In this document: piece by piece, positions 1 to 9,376 of the stretch
Numbering within the stretch: the first letter of the stretch is position 1
How the letters are laid out: the number at the start of each line of letters is the position of its first letter
DNA from: Candidatus Magasanikiibacteriota bacterium
GTDB lineage: Bacteria; Patescibacteriota; Patescibacteriia; Magasanikbacterales; GWA2-37-8
DNA: 64,000 nt
Reading direction: 5' to 3'
Assembly: GCA_023246655.1 (NCBI GenBank)
Contig: JAHFHX010000003.1
Coordinates: forward strand, 24,875-88,874
Notes under the pieces: generated by a model
The model's database searches: none
What the model was told of the DNA's origin: nothing
The model's input: only the letters and a program-made list of their open reading frames with translations
Program-made: the position numbers and the translations under genes

Positions 1-1
1 C

Positions 2-1855
2 TCTACTGCCCTTAAAACGAGCGACCTCACCGAAGCGCGCAATGCTAATATCAAAGCTTTACATCATTTTACACTCGCCAGCGCTACGTTGGGTGCCAAA
101 CACCAGCTCCTTCAAGGAGTGCTCGGAAACCTCCCCGTCGTTGGAACTAATGTCAAAAGTGCCACGCAATTAGTACTCGCTGGTGAAGAACTTTCTTTAG
201 CCAATTCTTACCTACTTAAAGCCGCCGAGCAGGTTTCTGAGGCAACGACGACGCCGCTTGGTGCGCGCCTGGCAGCAATTCTTACCGGAGTTTCCACTGC
301 ACTCCCAAATTATCGGGAGGCTTTACAAAATCTGCGAGCCGTTGACCCCGAAATTTTACCAATAAAATATCAGGCACCCTTTGCTGGGTTTGTGGAAATT
401 TTTGGGCAAGTCCTCCACGACATGCAACGTGTAACCGATCTGGAACGGCCGCTGTTGGAAATGTTTGGTGGCACCGGCCGACGACGTTATCTATTGATAT
501 TTCAAAACCACCACGAATTACGTGCTACTGGTGGATTTATGGGTAGTTTTGCCGTGCTCGACATAAAAGACGGAAAAATTGAAAAACTCGAAATTCCACC
601 CGGGGGCACCTACGATGTCCAGGGTCAACTCAATGCCTATATCGAACCACCAACACCGCTTTTGCTCACGAATAAACGGTGGGAGTTTCAAGATGCCAAT
701 TGGTTCGCTGATTTTCCAACGACCGCTGAAAAAATTCTTTGGTTTTATCGCCACAGTCGCAACCTCACCGCCGATGGTGTCATTGCCATTAATGCAACGG
801 TCTTAGAACGCTTGCTTACTATTGTCGGGCCGATCACCGATTCCAATCGTAACCTTACCTTAACTGCCGCCACCGCACTGCCCGATCTTCAAGAAATTAT
901 TGAACGTGGCCCCGAAAAACAGGATCACCGACCAAAACAAGTGGTAGCTGATTTAGCACCACAATTTCTCAACATGATAACGGCTCTCCCCCCACGCGGA
1001 ATGATTCCACTGGCCACTGGGTTAGCCGAAGCCTTAGAACAGAAAGAGGTGCAGATCTATTTAACTGACGCCACAGCCCAGCAGGCGCTGGAACGTATGG
1101 GATGGGCCGGACGTCTCCTTCCGATTCATCCTCCAGAGGATTATCTACTGGTTGTCAACTCTAATATTCAAGGGGGTAAAAGTGATGCTGCCATTACCCA
1201 AAAAATAAGTCATCAAGCAGTGGTGGCGGAAGATGGCACCATTACCGACACGGTCACGGTAACCCGCGAACATCGTGGCCATAACGATGGCGGCCTCTAC
1301 GGACAAACCAATATTGATTACCTCAGAATCTATGTTCCTGAAGGCAGCACGTTTATAAGTGGAGCTGGATTCACCTGGCCATCAGAACAAGCCTTCCGCC
1401 CCCCAGAAGCCTGGTATTCCAAAGATACTCTGCTCCAGCAGGTTGAAAAAGAAATTGGTGTGGATCAAACGACCGGCACAAGAATTACTCATGAATTTGG
1501 TAAATATGTCTTTGGTAACTGGGTGATTACCGAACCAGGAACGGTTAGTCAAATCCAATTTACCTACCGGTTACCTTTTAAAGCCTTTACCCTCACCGGG
1601 CCACCGGGCGGAAATGATACGAATAATGAACAGAATGTATTGAATAGTTCCAAAACAATGAGTCGGTATCAATTAATTGTGCAACGACAATCCGGTGCCG
1701 TAACTACCTTCGAAAGTCAAATCATCTTTCCCGCCCCCTGGCACTCAATTTGGACTGATGGCCCCTCTCGCCAAACCGCCACTAATGGTCTGCGCATTGA
1801 GGAACATTCACTTAAAAAAGACACCGCTTGGAGTCTTCTCATGGAGAAAAAATGA
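2..1855 (+). CDS. large hypothetical protein, 5' partial; possibly a DUF4012-family envelope protein
   Basis: Long ORF. The frame is open from the window edge at position 2 through the track start at 89, which is a TTG. It ends at a TGA followed by TAA. The family assignment is a recollection and is not verified. Confidence 0.6.
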   Translation, partial: STALKTSDLTEARNANIKALHHFTLASATLGAKHQLLQGVLGNLPVVGTNVKSATQLVLAGEELSLANSYLLKAAEQVSEATTTPLGARLAAILTGVSTALPNYREALQNLRAVDPEILPIKYQAPFAGFVEIFGQVLHDMQRVTDLERPLLEMFGGTGRRRYLLIFQNHHELRATGGFMGSFAVLDIKDGKIEKLEIPPGGTYDVQGQLNAYIEPPTPLLLTNKRWEFQDANWFADFPTTAEKILWFYRHSRNLTADGVIAINATVLERLLTIVGPITDSNRNLTLTAATALPDLQEIIERGPEKQDHRPKQVVADLAPQFLNMITALPPRGMIPLATGLAEALEQKEVQIYLTDATAQQALERMGWAGRLLPIHPPEDYLLVVNSNIQGGKSDAAITQKISHQAVVAEDGTITDTVTVTREHRGHNDGGLYGQTNIDYLRIYVPEGSTFISGAGFTWPSEQAFRPPEAWYSKDTLLQQVEKEIGVDQTTGTRITHEFGKYVFGNWVITEPGTVSQIQFTYRLPFKAFTLTGPPGGNDTNNEQNVLNSSKTMSRYQLIVQRQSGAVTTFESQIIFPAPWHSIWTDGPSRQTATNGLRIEEHSLKKDTAWSLLMEKK

Positions 1856-1905
1856 TAAGCATATATTTTTTATGAGACTTGCATTGAAATTAATATGAGT
1901 TCATT

Positions 1906-3792
1906 ATGAATCCTATGATCGAGGAACGCCCCCACTTCTCCGAGCATGTCTTGGGAGAAAAAAAACCTAAAAAAATTACTCCCCGACAACGACGTCGCAT
2001 CAAAACTCCTGCGAACCAATTGGCAGTTGCTAACCCAAAAATTGATGAATGCCTCACGAGCATTTACCAGGATGAACGCGGGGCAATTCCCGATATGCGC
2101 ACCATTGCCGTTAAAAAAGAACACCGCATTGGTAACTTTTTTCTTCGTCTGATATGTATCAGTGTAGTCTGCTCCGCCCTCGGCTGGATACTTTGGTATT
2201 ATTGGCCTCAATTACTGCGCCACTCAGAAAACCAAGCAACCTTAACTATTGTGGGGCCAGATCACCCACCCATTGGGCAAAGCAGCACCTATACGTTAAG
2301 CTATGAAAATAGAGAAAAAATTGACTTACACGATGTGCTATTACAACTCCATCCTGCGGCTGGTTTTATAATTGACTATAGTTCTCTTACCGCAAATAAT
2401 GATAAAAAAACTGAATGGACCATTGGAATTCTTCCGGCCAAAGGTAGCGGCACGCTCACCATCACTGGCCGGCAATTTGGCACTCCTCATCAAGCTGCTT
2501 CATGGCGCGCCGCCCTCAAATATCAATCAGAAAAAATAACTTCCTTTCTTGAAGAAGAAACCTCACTGCCAATCACCCTCGGCCCCGCCCCGGTTACTCT
2601 CACCATCTCCGGCCCCGCCCAAAATACCCTAGGTTCAGCAGTTACCTACACCTTCCAAGTAGCTGCCAAGGGTGGGTGGCCGCGTGAACCACTGGAAATA
2701 GTCCCTGAGTTTCCGGTTAATTTTTCCCTCTCATCGAGCTCACCGGCTCTTACTAAAAATCACTGGATTATTCCTACCCCCTCGTCCACTACTCCTTTCA
2801 ACGTAGTCATTACCGGGCAATGGCACGACAGCACCACAACCGAACCCATTATCCGAGCGGGGCTCTTTTGGAGTGTGCCGAGTACAACAAAAAATTTCTT
2901 AGTAGAAAAGTCTGAATTTAAAAGTGAAGTAATTAAAAATGATATTAATCTATCAATTGCGATTAATGGAACCACCACTGATTTTGATAGCAAGCCAGGT
3001 GACCTGATTAATACTACTTTTCAACTCCAAAACAACAGTGGTCACGAAATTAAAAATGCCATCCTCGGACTGAGTTTTGAAGCTCCCGCCCTTAAACGCC
3101 AAAGTCTTCTTAACTGGCCGGAAATCACCAACCCCGCTGATGCTGATATTCAAGGTGAACAATTGAGCGATACGCGACGTCGCGGCACACTTACCTGGTC
3201 TTCCAAACATCTCCCTGCCTTAGCGCAACTACCTTCGGGGAAGGAGGCAAGCCTTGATATACGTTTACCAATTCGTGATAGTAAAAATTTCGCTCTTGAA
3301 TCGGTTCGTGATACAACTATTACTGTTCGGGGCACAGCTACCTTTAGTGACCAAACGGGAACTCACACTATTCTCAGTAACCCCATTACCATCACGGTTA
3401 ATTCCGATCTTACCTTTGAACAACGCTCGGCTGTTTCCGTCACTCCGGAAGGTAAAAAACGATTCGCGATAAGCTGGATACTAAACAACACCTTCCACGC
3501 GCTTAAAAATATTGATCTCTCGGCCACGCTCTACGGAGACATCAACTGGGAAGCAAACGGCGACGTTTCTTCAGGAGTTCTTACTTATGACGCTGCCGCA
3601 AAAAAGCTCACCTGGCATATTGCCGAATTGCCCACCACCGTGGATGTTGCCAGCGCCCCGTTTACGGTAAGTCTAAACAGCAACAACCCTACCCAGAGCT
3701 TACTCATCTCAAAAATTCGAATCCAGGCGGACGATACCGTCACAGGTAAAAAAATAGAACTTCTGGGGGACGAAGTTCCTTTGAATAAATAA
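1906..3792 (+). CDS. hypothetical membrane-anchored extracytoplasmic protein (628 aa)
   Basis: Basic N-terminus (KKPKKITPRQRRRIK), then one hydrophobic helix (FFLRLICISVVCSALGWILWYYW), then a long Thr/Ser-rich domain. Ends with TAA. Confidence 0.7.
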   Translation: MNPMIEERPHFSEHVLGEKKPKKITPRQRRRIKTPANQLAVANPKIDECLTSIYQDERGAIPDMRTIAVKKEHRIGNFFLRLICISVVCSALGWILWYYWPQLLRHSENQATLTIVGPDHPPIGQSSTYTLSYENREKIDLHDVLLQLHPAAGFIIDYSSLTANNDKKTEWTIGILPAKGSGTLTITGRQFGTPHQAASWRAALKYQSEKITSFLEEETSLPITLGPAPVTLTISGPAQNTLGSAVTYTFQVAAKGGWPREPLEIVPEFPVNFSLSSSSPALTKNHWIIPTPSSTTPFNVVITGQWHDSTTTEPIIRAGLFWSVPSTTKNFLVEKSEFKSEVIKNDINLSIAINGTTTDFDSKPGDLINTTFQLQNNSGHEIKNAILGLSFEAPALKRQSLLNWPEITNPADADIQGEQLSDTRRRGTLTWSSKHLPALAQLPSGKEASLDIRLPIRDSKNFALESVRDTTITVRGTATFSDQTGTHTILSNPITITVNSDLTFEQRSAVSVTPEGKKRFAISWILNNTFHALKNIDLSATLYGDINWEANGDVSSGVLTYDAAAKKLTWHIAELPTTVDVASAPFTVSLNSNNPTQSLLISKIRIQADDTVTGKKIELLGDEVPLNK

Positions 3793-3835
3793 TGAATAGC
3801 ACTAATTAATTCGTTTTCAACGAAGTCGCACTCAT

Positions 3836-3930
3836 TGTCATTCCGAGCGAGGCCTCGCGGCCGACGAGGAATCTCTGTCCAACCAACGATCGTGTGAGCC
3901 AGAGATCCCTCACAGCGGTTCGGGATGACA
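3836..3930. repeat. palindromic repeat element, family A, copy A (tgtcattccgag...cgggatgaca)
   Basis: Terminal inverted repeats. Near-identical to the reverse complement of the copy at 47217-47303 and alignable with the copy at 16419-16557. Confidence 0.85.
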
Positions 3931-3988
3931 AAGTATTATTTGAGGGGAGGTAAGAGAAATTAATTAGCACTATTCATAAAATAATAAA

Positions 3989-4933
3989 TCATTTTTCCTG
4001 CAAAAATTTCTCTATTAAACCAACGGCGGTTACAATATCATCTCCCTCAATCCAATTGATTCGCTTGTCCCGTTTAAACCAGGTTATTTGACGTTTGGCA
4101 TACTGCCGGGTGGCAACTTGTATGGCGCGCACTGCTTCTGCCTTGGTACATTCCCCGCGCACATAGCTCCCCATCTGCTGGTATCCAATACTACTCATAC
4201 TCGGAAGATCCCAACCATATTGTTCTTGCACTAATCGTTTTGTTTCCTCATCCAACCCTTGTGCTATTTGTTCCTCAACCCGGCGATTAATTCGCGCCAA
4301 GAGTTTTTCCCAAGGCCAATGAATACCAATTTGGAGTGTATTAAATAACGGTGCCCCTACTCGCCGCTGCTCTATAAAGGATTTCCCCGTTATCATAGCT
4401 ACTTCCAACGCCCGCAATACCCGTCGAGGATTATGGCGGTCAATTGCCTGGTAACTCTCTGGATCACAGTGCTGCAGCAATTGTTGCAATTCAGCTAACG
4501 ATTTCTGCTCCAAACTCGCCCGCAGCGCCTGGCTGGGAGCGACGGCCGGAATAATAAGATTATCTATAAGCGCCCACAGATACTGCCCCGTTCCTCCCAC
4601 CACAATCGGCAATTTTCCGCGCGCTTGAATAGCATAGAGGCACCCAACAGCTAGCTCCTTAAACTGGGCCACACTCATTTGCTCCTTTGGATCAATGATA
4701 TCCATAAGGTAATGCGGTATACCCTTAACTACATATACCTTACTGCCACCCACCAATTGCCACTCACCAAAAGGCTTAGCCGTTCCAATATTCATTTTTG
4801 TATACACCTGCCGCGAATCAGCCGATACCACTTCACCATTAAACCGCTGGGCAAGCTTAATGCCCAATTCAGTCTTTCCCGAGGCAGTAGGGCCAAGGAG
4901 AATGATAATTTTTGACTTTTTAAAATTTTCCAT
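3989..4933 (-). CDS. miaA: tRNA dimethylallyltransferase
   Basis: Begins IILLGPTASGKTELGIKLAQRFNGEVVSADSRQVY (P-loop plus the MiaA N-terminal signature). 314 aa, ends with TGA. Confidence 0.9.
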   Translation of the reverse strand: MENFKKSKIIILLGPTASGKTELGIKLAQRFNGEVVSADSRQVYTKMNIGTAKPFGEWQLVGGSKVYVVKGIPHYLMDIIDPKEQMSVAQFKELAVGCLYAIQARGKLPIVVGGTGQYLWALIDNLIIPAVAPSQALRASLEQKSLAELQQLLQHCDPESYQAIDRHNPRRVLRALEVAMITGKSFIEQRRVGAPLFNTLQIGIHWPWEKLLARINRRVEEQIAQGLDEETKRLVQEQYGWDLPSMSSIGYQQMGSYVRGECTKAEAVRAIQVATRQYAKRQITWFKRDKRINWIEGDDIVTAVGLIEKFLQEK

Positions 4934-5021
4934 AAAACTTATATACCAAAAACAAATCCTATTGTAGATACCCTCATGCTATCAGTCAACTCAACAACAA
5001 TGATAAAAATACTAGGGGGGA

Positions 5022-5050
5022 TTGACAAAAGGGTAAAAGTATGCTATACT
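5022..5050 (+). promoter_or_regulatory. sigma70-type promoter, TTGACA-17 bp-TATACT
   Basis: ttgaca at 5022-5027, a 17-nt spacer, then tatact at 5045-5050. Lies upstream of three small ORFs. Confidence 0.6.
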
Positions 5051-5068
5051 ATTAATATAATTTAGCTA

Positions 5069-5353
5069 ATGTTAGCTAAATTTGCTGTTGAGTATCTACC
5101 CTACAGCACGCGGTCCCTGCCGCACGTAAATATTAATTTTACTACTATGTCAAAAGAACAAACTATTTCCGATCCAAATAAAGGAATAAAAGAATTTATT
5201 TCAATTGAAGGCAGACCGATTCCTGGGGTTGATTTTGTTCCTGATGATTTGATAGATACGAATGCAATGGGTAATGAACTTGTTAAGGAGATTGAAGAAG
5301 AAGAGCGGGCTAAAGCTGCAAAGGAAGGGCAAGCACAAGACCATGCCGCCTAA
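5069..5353 (+). CDS. small acidic hypothetical protein; an alternative start at 5147 (MSKEQ) gives 68 aa
   Basis: ORF directly downstream of the canonical promoter. Glu/Asp-rich C-terminus. Confidence 0.5.
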   Translation: MLAKFAVEYLPYSTRSLPHVNINFTTMSKEQTISDPNKGIKEFISIEGRPIPGVDFVPDDLIDTNAMGNELVKEIEEEERAKAAKEGQAQDHAA

Positions 5354-5407
5354 AACTACCTCACCTCTTAAGGTAAATCTCTAACTTTAATCTTAAAAAA
5401 TAATTTT

Positions 5408-5746
5408 ATGCCAGAAGAACTACCACGGATTTATGATCTTCCCAATGCGGAAGAAGCTTCTTTCCAAGACATCTCTGAAACAATTACTTCGGTAGAAGAC
5501 CTAGAAACTCGTGTAGGAATTTCTAAAACTGAAGTAACACCAGAACTAGGTAATTTGCTTCAAGGACTGATCGTCCTAGCCAATAAACGAAATAAGCTTA
5601 CAGCTAAAGCGAAGGGTTCCCGAGAAGTAGCAAGCGAGTTCGTAGACAAACGGAATGCGGCTTTTGTCGAACTCAGTAAATTAGTGGGATACGAAAGAGC
5701 CGGCAAAATTGATAAGGCTCTTTTCTCCGCCAAACAGAAAGAATAA
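5408..5746 (+). CDS. small acidic hypothetical protein (112 aa)
   Basis: Same strand as, and tandem with, the neighbouring small ORFs. Confidence 0.5.
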   Translation: MPEELPRIYDLPNAEEASFQDISETITSVEDLETRVGISKTEVTPELGNLLQGLIVLANKRNKLTAKAKGSREVASEFVDKRNAAFVELSKLVGYERAGKIDKALFSAKQKE

Positions 5747-5781
5747 GTTAAATTTATTTATAATATAAAAACTCTTTCTAT

Positions 5782-6015
5782 ATGTCCTCCAAAGAATTTT
5801 CAGGAACTTTCCCACCACCAAAAGATCCGGTTGTTGACAATCTTTTCCGTCCTGGTCGGATTCGTGAAGAATGGGCAAAGGAAGCAGCAGACGAAGAGGC
5901 TGAGAGCGCGGCTGCAGCGGCAGCAATGGGAGAAAAACAAAAAAAACTTGCCGAAAGTGCAGGGAAAAAATCAATTCAACCTCCACTTGGTGAACTCCCT
6001 GGAATCAAAGTATAA
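5782..6015 (+). CDS. small hypothetical protein (77 aa) with an Ala/Glu-rich low-complexity region
   Basis: Third ORF of the tandem set. Contains AADEEAESAAAAAAMGEKQKK. Confidence 0.45.
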   Translation: MSSKEFSGTFPPPKDPVVDNLFRPGRIREEWAKEAADEEAESAAAAAAMGEKQKKLAESAGKKSIQPPLGELPGIKV

Positions 6016-6062
6016 CTCAATTAGCCCTTCCAACAGGGCTAATTTTAATTTTGTAATCGTTG

Positions 6063-7829
6063 TTACTTTCGAGTGGCGATTTCGGTACGTACTTTGGCAA
6101 TAAACTCCTCTTTTGTTATCTTCAACTGCTCCTCCTGCCCCCGCACCCGAATGGTCCAGTCTCCGCCGTCGAGTTCTCTATCCCCTATTACTACAATATA
6201 GGGGATTTTTTGTTTAGCAGCGTTCCTCACTTTTTTGCCAATGGACTCATCAGCATCATCCACCGCCACCCGAATTCCAGCGGCCTCAAATTGTTTGGCA
6301 AGGGTGTGAGTTTGGGCAGCGTGTTTCTCGGAGACTGCCGCGAGCAGAACGTGAACCGGAGATAACCATACCGGAAGGTTGCCGGCTGTGTGTTCAATCA
6401 AAACGCCCATAAATCGTTCTACGGAACCAAGCACCGCCACATGAATCATAACCGGGCGTTCATCTACCCCTGCTGCATTCGTAAAATTCAATTTAAAACG
6501 CTCGGGTTGGTTCATATCAAGCTGAATAGTAGCGAGCTGCCATTCCCGACCAAGGGAATCCACACCCATAAAATCAAGCTTAGGACCATAAAAAGCGGCT
6601 TCGCCCACGCCCACGGAATAATCTTGGCCAGCCTGTTTTACAATATCAGCCAAATTCTGCTCGGCCTCATTCCACATTTCTGGCGTCCCTAAATATTTTT
6701 GCATATTGGCAGGGTCGTGCGTGGATAAACGCACTCTCAATTCCATCCCAATAGTTTTATACAATGTTGTAATAATCTCGTAAGCAACTCCAACCTCTTG
6801 TTTAATCTGATCACGCCGACAAAACACATGGGAATCGTCTTGGGTAATGGAACGCACGCGCGTCAACCCCTGGAGCTGGCCTGTGTTTTCGTCACGATAA
6901 ATGGTGGTGGTTTCAAAATATCTAACCGGCATCTCCCGATAACTCCGGCCGCGCGCAGCAAATAACTGAATATGATGTGGGCAATTCATGGGTTTAAGCA
7001 CAAATTGCGTCTCGGTCTTTTTGCTTTTTACATGAAATAGGTCGTCTTCAAATTTATCCCAATGACCAGACGTTTTATATAAATCATTCTTGGCAATATG
7101 TGGTATCCATACCCGCTCAAATTTTTTCGCCAAACGAAGTTCAGCAATAAAATTTTCAAGTTCACGCCGCACCATGGTACCCTTGGGGGTAAAGAGTGGG
7201 AGCCCGGAACCAACGAGCTCAGAAAATACAAATAAATCTAATTCCGCTCCAATCTTACGATGGTCCCGCTTCTTAGCTTCCTCCAGCATATGCAAGTAAT
7301 CCTTAAGTTCTTGCTGAGAGGGGAAACAGGTCCCGTAAATTCGGGTGAGCATTTTATTTTTTTCATTCCCTCGCCAATAGGCGCCCGCAACGGAAAGAAG
7401 CTTAAAATGTTTAATTTCGTCTTTCGGGTGTGCTAAATGACCACCTTTGCACAAATCGAGAAATGATCCCTGTTTGGTCTCGGTAATCGTTTTCCCCTGC
7501 ACCGCGAATTCATCAATCAGCTCTAGCTTGTAAGGATTCCATGAAAAATCTTTTTTGGCTTGCTCTACCGGAACCTCTTGAATAGTAAAATTATCCCACG
7601 TTTTTAAAATTTCGCGCATTTTGTTTTCTATTCTTTCAAAATCGGCTTCAGAAATTTTTACGTCCCCCATGTCAAAATCCTGATAAAAACCACTTTCGAT
7701 GGAGGGGCCAATAGCGTTTTGTGCATTGGGCCAGATGCTTCTAACCGCAGCAGCAAGAAGATGCGCGCAGGAATGACGTAAGTTATCGAGATATTGTTGA
7801 TCCATATAGAAATAATTAACAATTATCAA
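6063..7829 (-). CDS. thrS: threonine--tRNA ligase, lacking the N-terminal TGS domain
   Basis: HSCAHLLAAA editing-domain motif, RDHRKIGAELDLF, class II synthetase core and a C-terminal anticodon-binding domain. 588 aa. Confidence 0.9.
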   Translation of the reverse strand: MIIVNYFYMDQQYLDNLRHSCAHLLAAAVRSIWPNAQNAIGPSIESGFYQDFDMGDVKISEADFERIENKMREILKTWDNFTIQEVPVEQAKKDFSWNPYKLELIDEFAVQGKTITETKQGSFLDLCKGGHLAHPKDEIKHFKLLSVAGAYWRGNEKNKMLTRIYGTCFPSQQELKDYLHMLEEAKKRDHRKIGAELDLFVFSELVGSGLPLFTPKGTMVRRELENFIAELRLAKKFERVWIPHIAKNDLYKTSGHWDKFEDDLFHVKSKKTETQFVLKPMNCPHHIQLFAARGRSYREMPVRYFETTTIYRDENTGQLQGLTRVRSITQDDSHVFCRRDQIKQEVGVAYEIITTLYKTIGMELRVRLSTHDPANMQKYLGTPEMWNEAEQNLADIVKQAGQDYSVGVGEAAFYGPKLDFMGVDSLGREWQLATIQLDMNQPERFKLNFTNAAGVDERPVMIHVAVLGSVERFMGVLIEHTAGNLPVWLSPVHVLLAAVSEKHAAQTHTLAKQFEAAGIRVAVDDADESIGKKVRNAAKQKIPYIVVIGDRELDGGDWTIRVRGQEEQLKITKEEFIAKVRTEIATRK

Positions 7830-7979
7830 ATAACAATTAACAAGTGTGGCTTGCTCGTTGTTATTTGTTCATTGTTAATTTATTTAAAAAAATACCCCGA
7901 CACCGCAAAATCTGCGATATCGGGGTCTGTGATAAAATCACGGACGGTTCCACCCGACGTTTCACTTTTTTTCACCAAT

Positions 7980-8010
7980 TGTCATCCCGAGCGGAGAACC
8001 GAGGGATGAC
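7980..8010. repeat. short hairpin copy of family A (gtcatcccgagcggagaaccgagggatgac)
   Basis: Termini match the family A terminal inverted repeats. Confidence 0.6.
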
Positions 8011-8148
8011 ACAATTGAGATATTATAGATACTCTGAGAGTGGTACCATATCGGTCCCGACTAGGTCGGGATAAACTGGGCTGGTTCTCATACTAACGTA
8101 TCTTAACAATACTGTACTCAATCGCTTCAAGTCTGTCAAGATCGTCGA

Positions 8149-8188
8149 GACTTTACGAACTTTACAGACTTTATGGACTTTACAAACT
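8149..8188. repeat. phased GACTTTAYR tandem repeat block
   Basis: Sequence gactttacgaactttacagactttatggactttacaaact, periodicity ~9-10 bp. Confidence 0.8.
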
Positions 8189-8306
8189 CTCACTCCACAT
8201 TCTTCACTACTACTTTAATCCGATCCGGTACAGTTGGTGCCGAAAACATCCAAGAGGGAGTAAAAATAATTTCGGCCGAAGCAACGTGATCGAGCCCCAA
8301 GATATA

Positions 8307-9335
8307 TCATTCAATTTCATCTTTTCTCTTTCCCACAAAATGTTGGGGCGAGAGTGTCTCCACGTTGGCATCAAGTGTCACGAGCAGATTGTGCTCTACA
8401 GTAAGTTCCGCTGTACCAGTTTTGGCATCATATGAAGCTAATGCAATATGTGGTTCGGCATCGCTTGAGACTACCTTTTCGATGGTTGGATCAATTTTAT
8501 CTGTTATTGTTCGATCTAACAACTGGGTCAGCTGTTCAGCATCATAGGTCACCGCTATTATGGTACTGGTACCATTTAAAACAAATTCACTTACCTCTTC
8601 ACCTATCTGATGGTTTGAAACAACATTCTGGTTACTCAAAGCCATAATCAGATGCTTACCGGGAACAGTTGAAGGAAGTGTCTTGGCAAAAGCGGCTTGA
8701 GCCTTTTGTGCATAGATTTGCTGTGCGGCCTTAAGATCGGAATCACTCAGAACGCCAATGGTGGCTACCCCCCCCCGCATGGGTTCCGTACTTTGCGCGT
8801 ATACCTGTTTCTGACGATCGGGTGATAAACCAGGAATAGTAAATTGAGTTGGGTCAATATCCGAAGTGCTCCCTGGTTGATCGGCATACACTGGTACCGT
8901 TACTTGCCCATTGGCAGGCACTATTGCCCGCTCCGCCAAACGAAATAGTATTCCTTGGGCAGTGAGGAGACGCGTTGTGGCGACTAATGTTTGTGAACTG
9001 TTGCTTTTATTATAAATTACAGCTGTGCCCTTGGCGACACCAGTGGTTGTCTTATTGCCCGTTGGCTGAAAATGTTCTGACCAGGTAAATACAGTTGAAC
9101 TCGCCAAACCCGTAATGGTATCTTTCCCGTCCGGCTGTTTGGCAACCTTCGCTACCAAGCTCACAATTCGTTGATCAGCTTTCGCTACCACCGTAATGGT
9201 GGCTTTTTTTGACGTCATAAAAACGACCACCGCAAATAATACCACCGTCAACACCAAAAAAGAAAGCGCGATTATTTTATACAAGCGAACGGGTGGCTCT
9301 GGTGGTGGTTTGGTTGACATGCGATAGGTGATCAT
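8307..9335 (-). CDS. hypothetical membrane-anchored protein (one N-terminal TM helix, Thr-rich)
   Basis: N-terminal hydrophobic segment LYKIIALSFLVLTVVLFAVVVFM. Lies next to the pilus ATPase. Confidence 0.6.
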   Translation of the reverse strand: MITYRMSTKPPPEPPVRLYKIIALSFLVLTVVLFAVVVFMTSKKATITVVAKADQRIVSLVAKVAKQPDGKDTITGLASSTVFTWSEHFQPTGNKTTTGVAKGTAVIYNKSNSSQTLVATTRLLTAQGILFRLAERAIVPANGQVTVPVYADQPGSTSDIDPTQFTIPGLSPDRQKQVYAQSTEPMRGGVATIGVLSDSDLKAAQQIYAQKAQAAFAKTLPSTVPGKHLIMALSNQNVVSNHQIGEEVSEFVLNGTSTIIAVTYDAEQLTQLLDRTITDKIDPTIEKVVSSDAEPHIALASYDAKTGTAELTVEHNLLVTLDANVETLSPQHFVGKRKDEIE

Positions 9336-9376
9336 ACAAAAGTATGGACTAAAAATGTATGGATATAGTATAGCAT

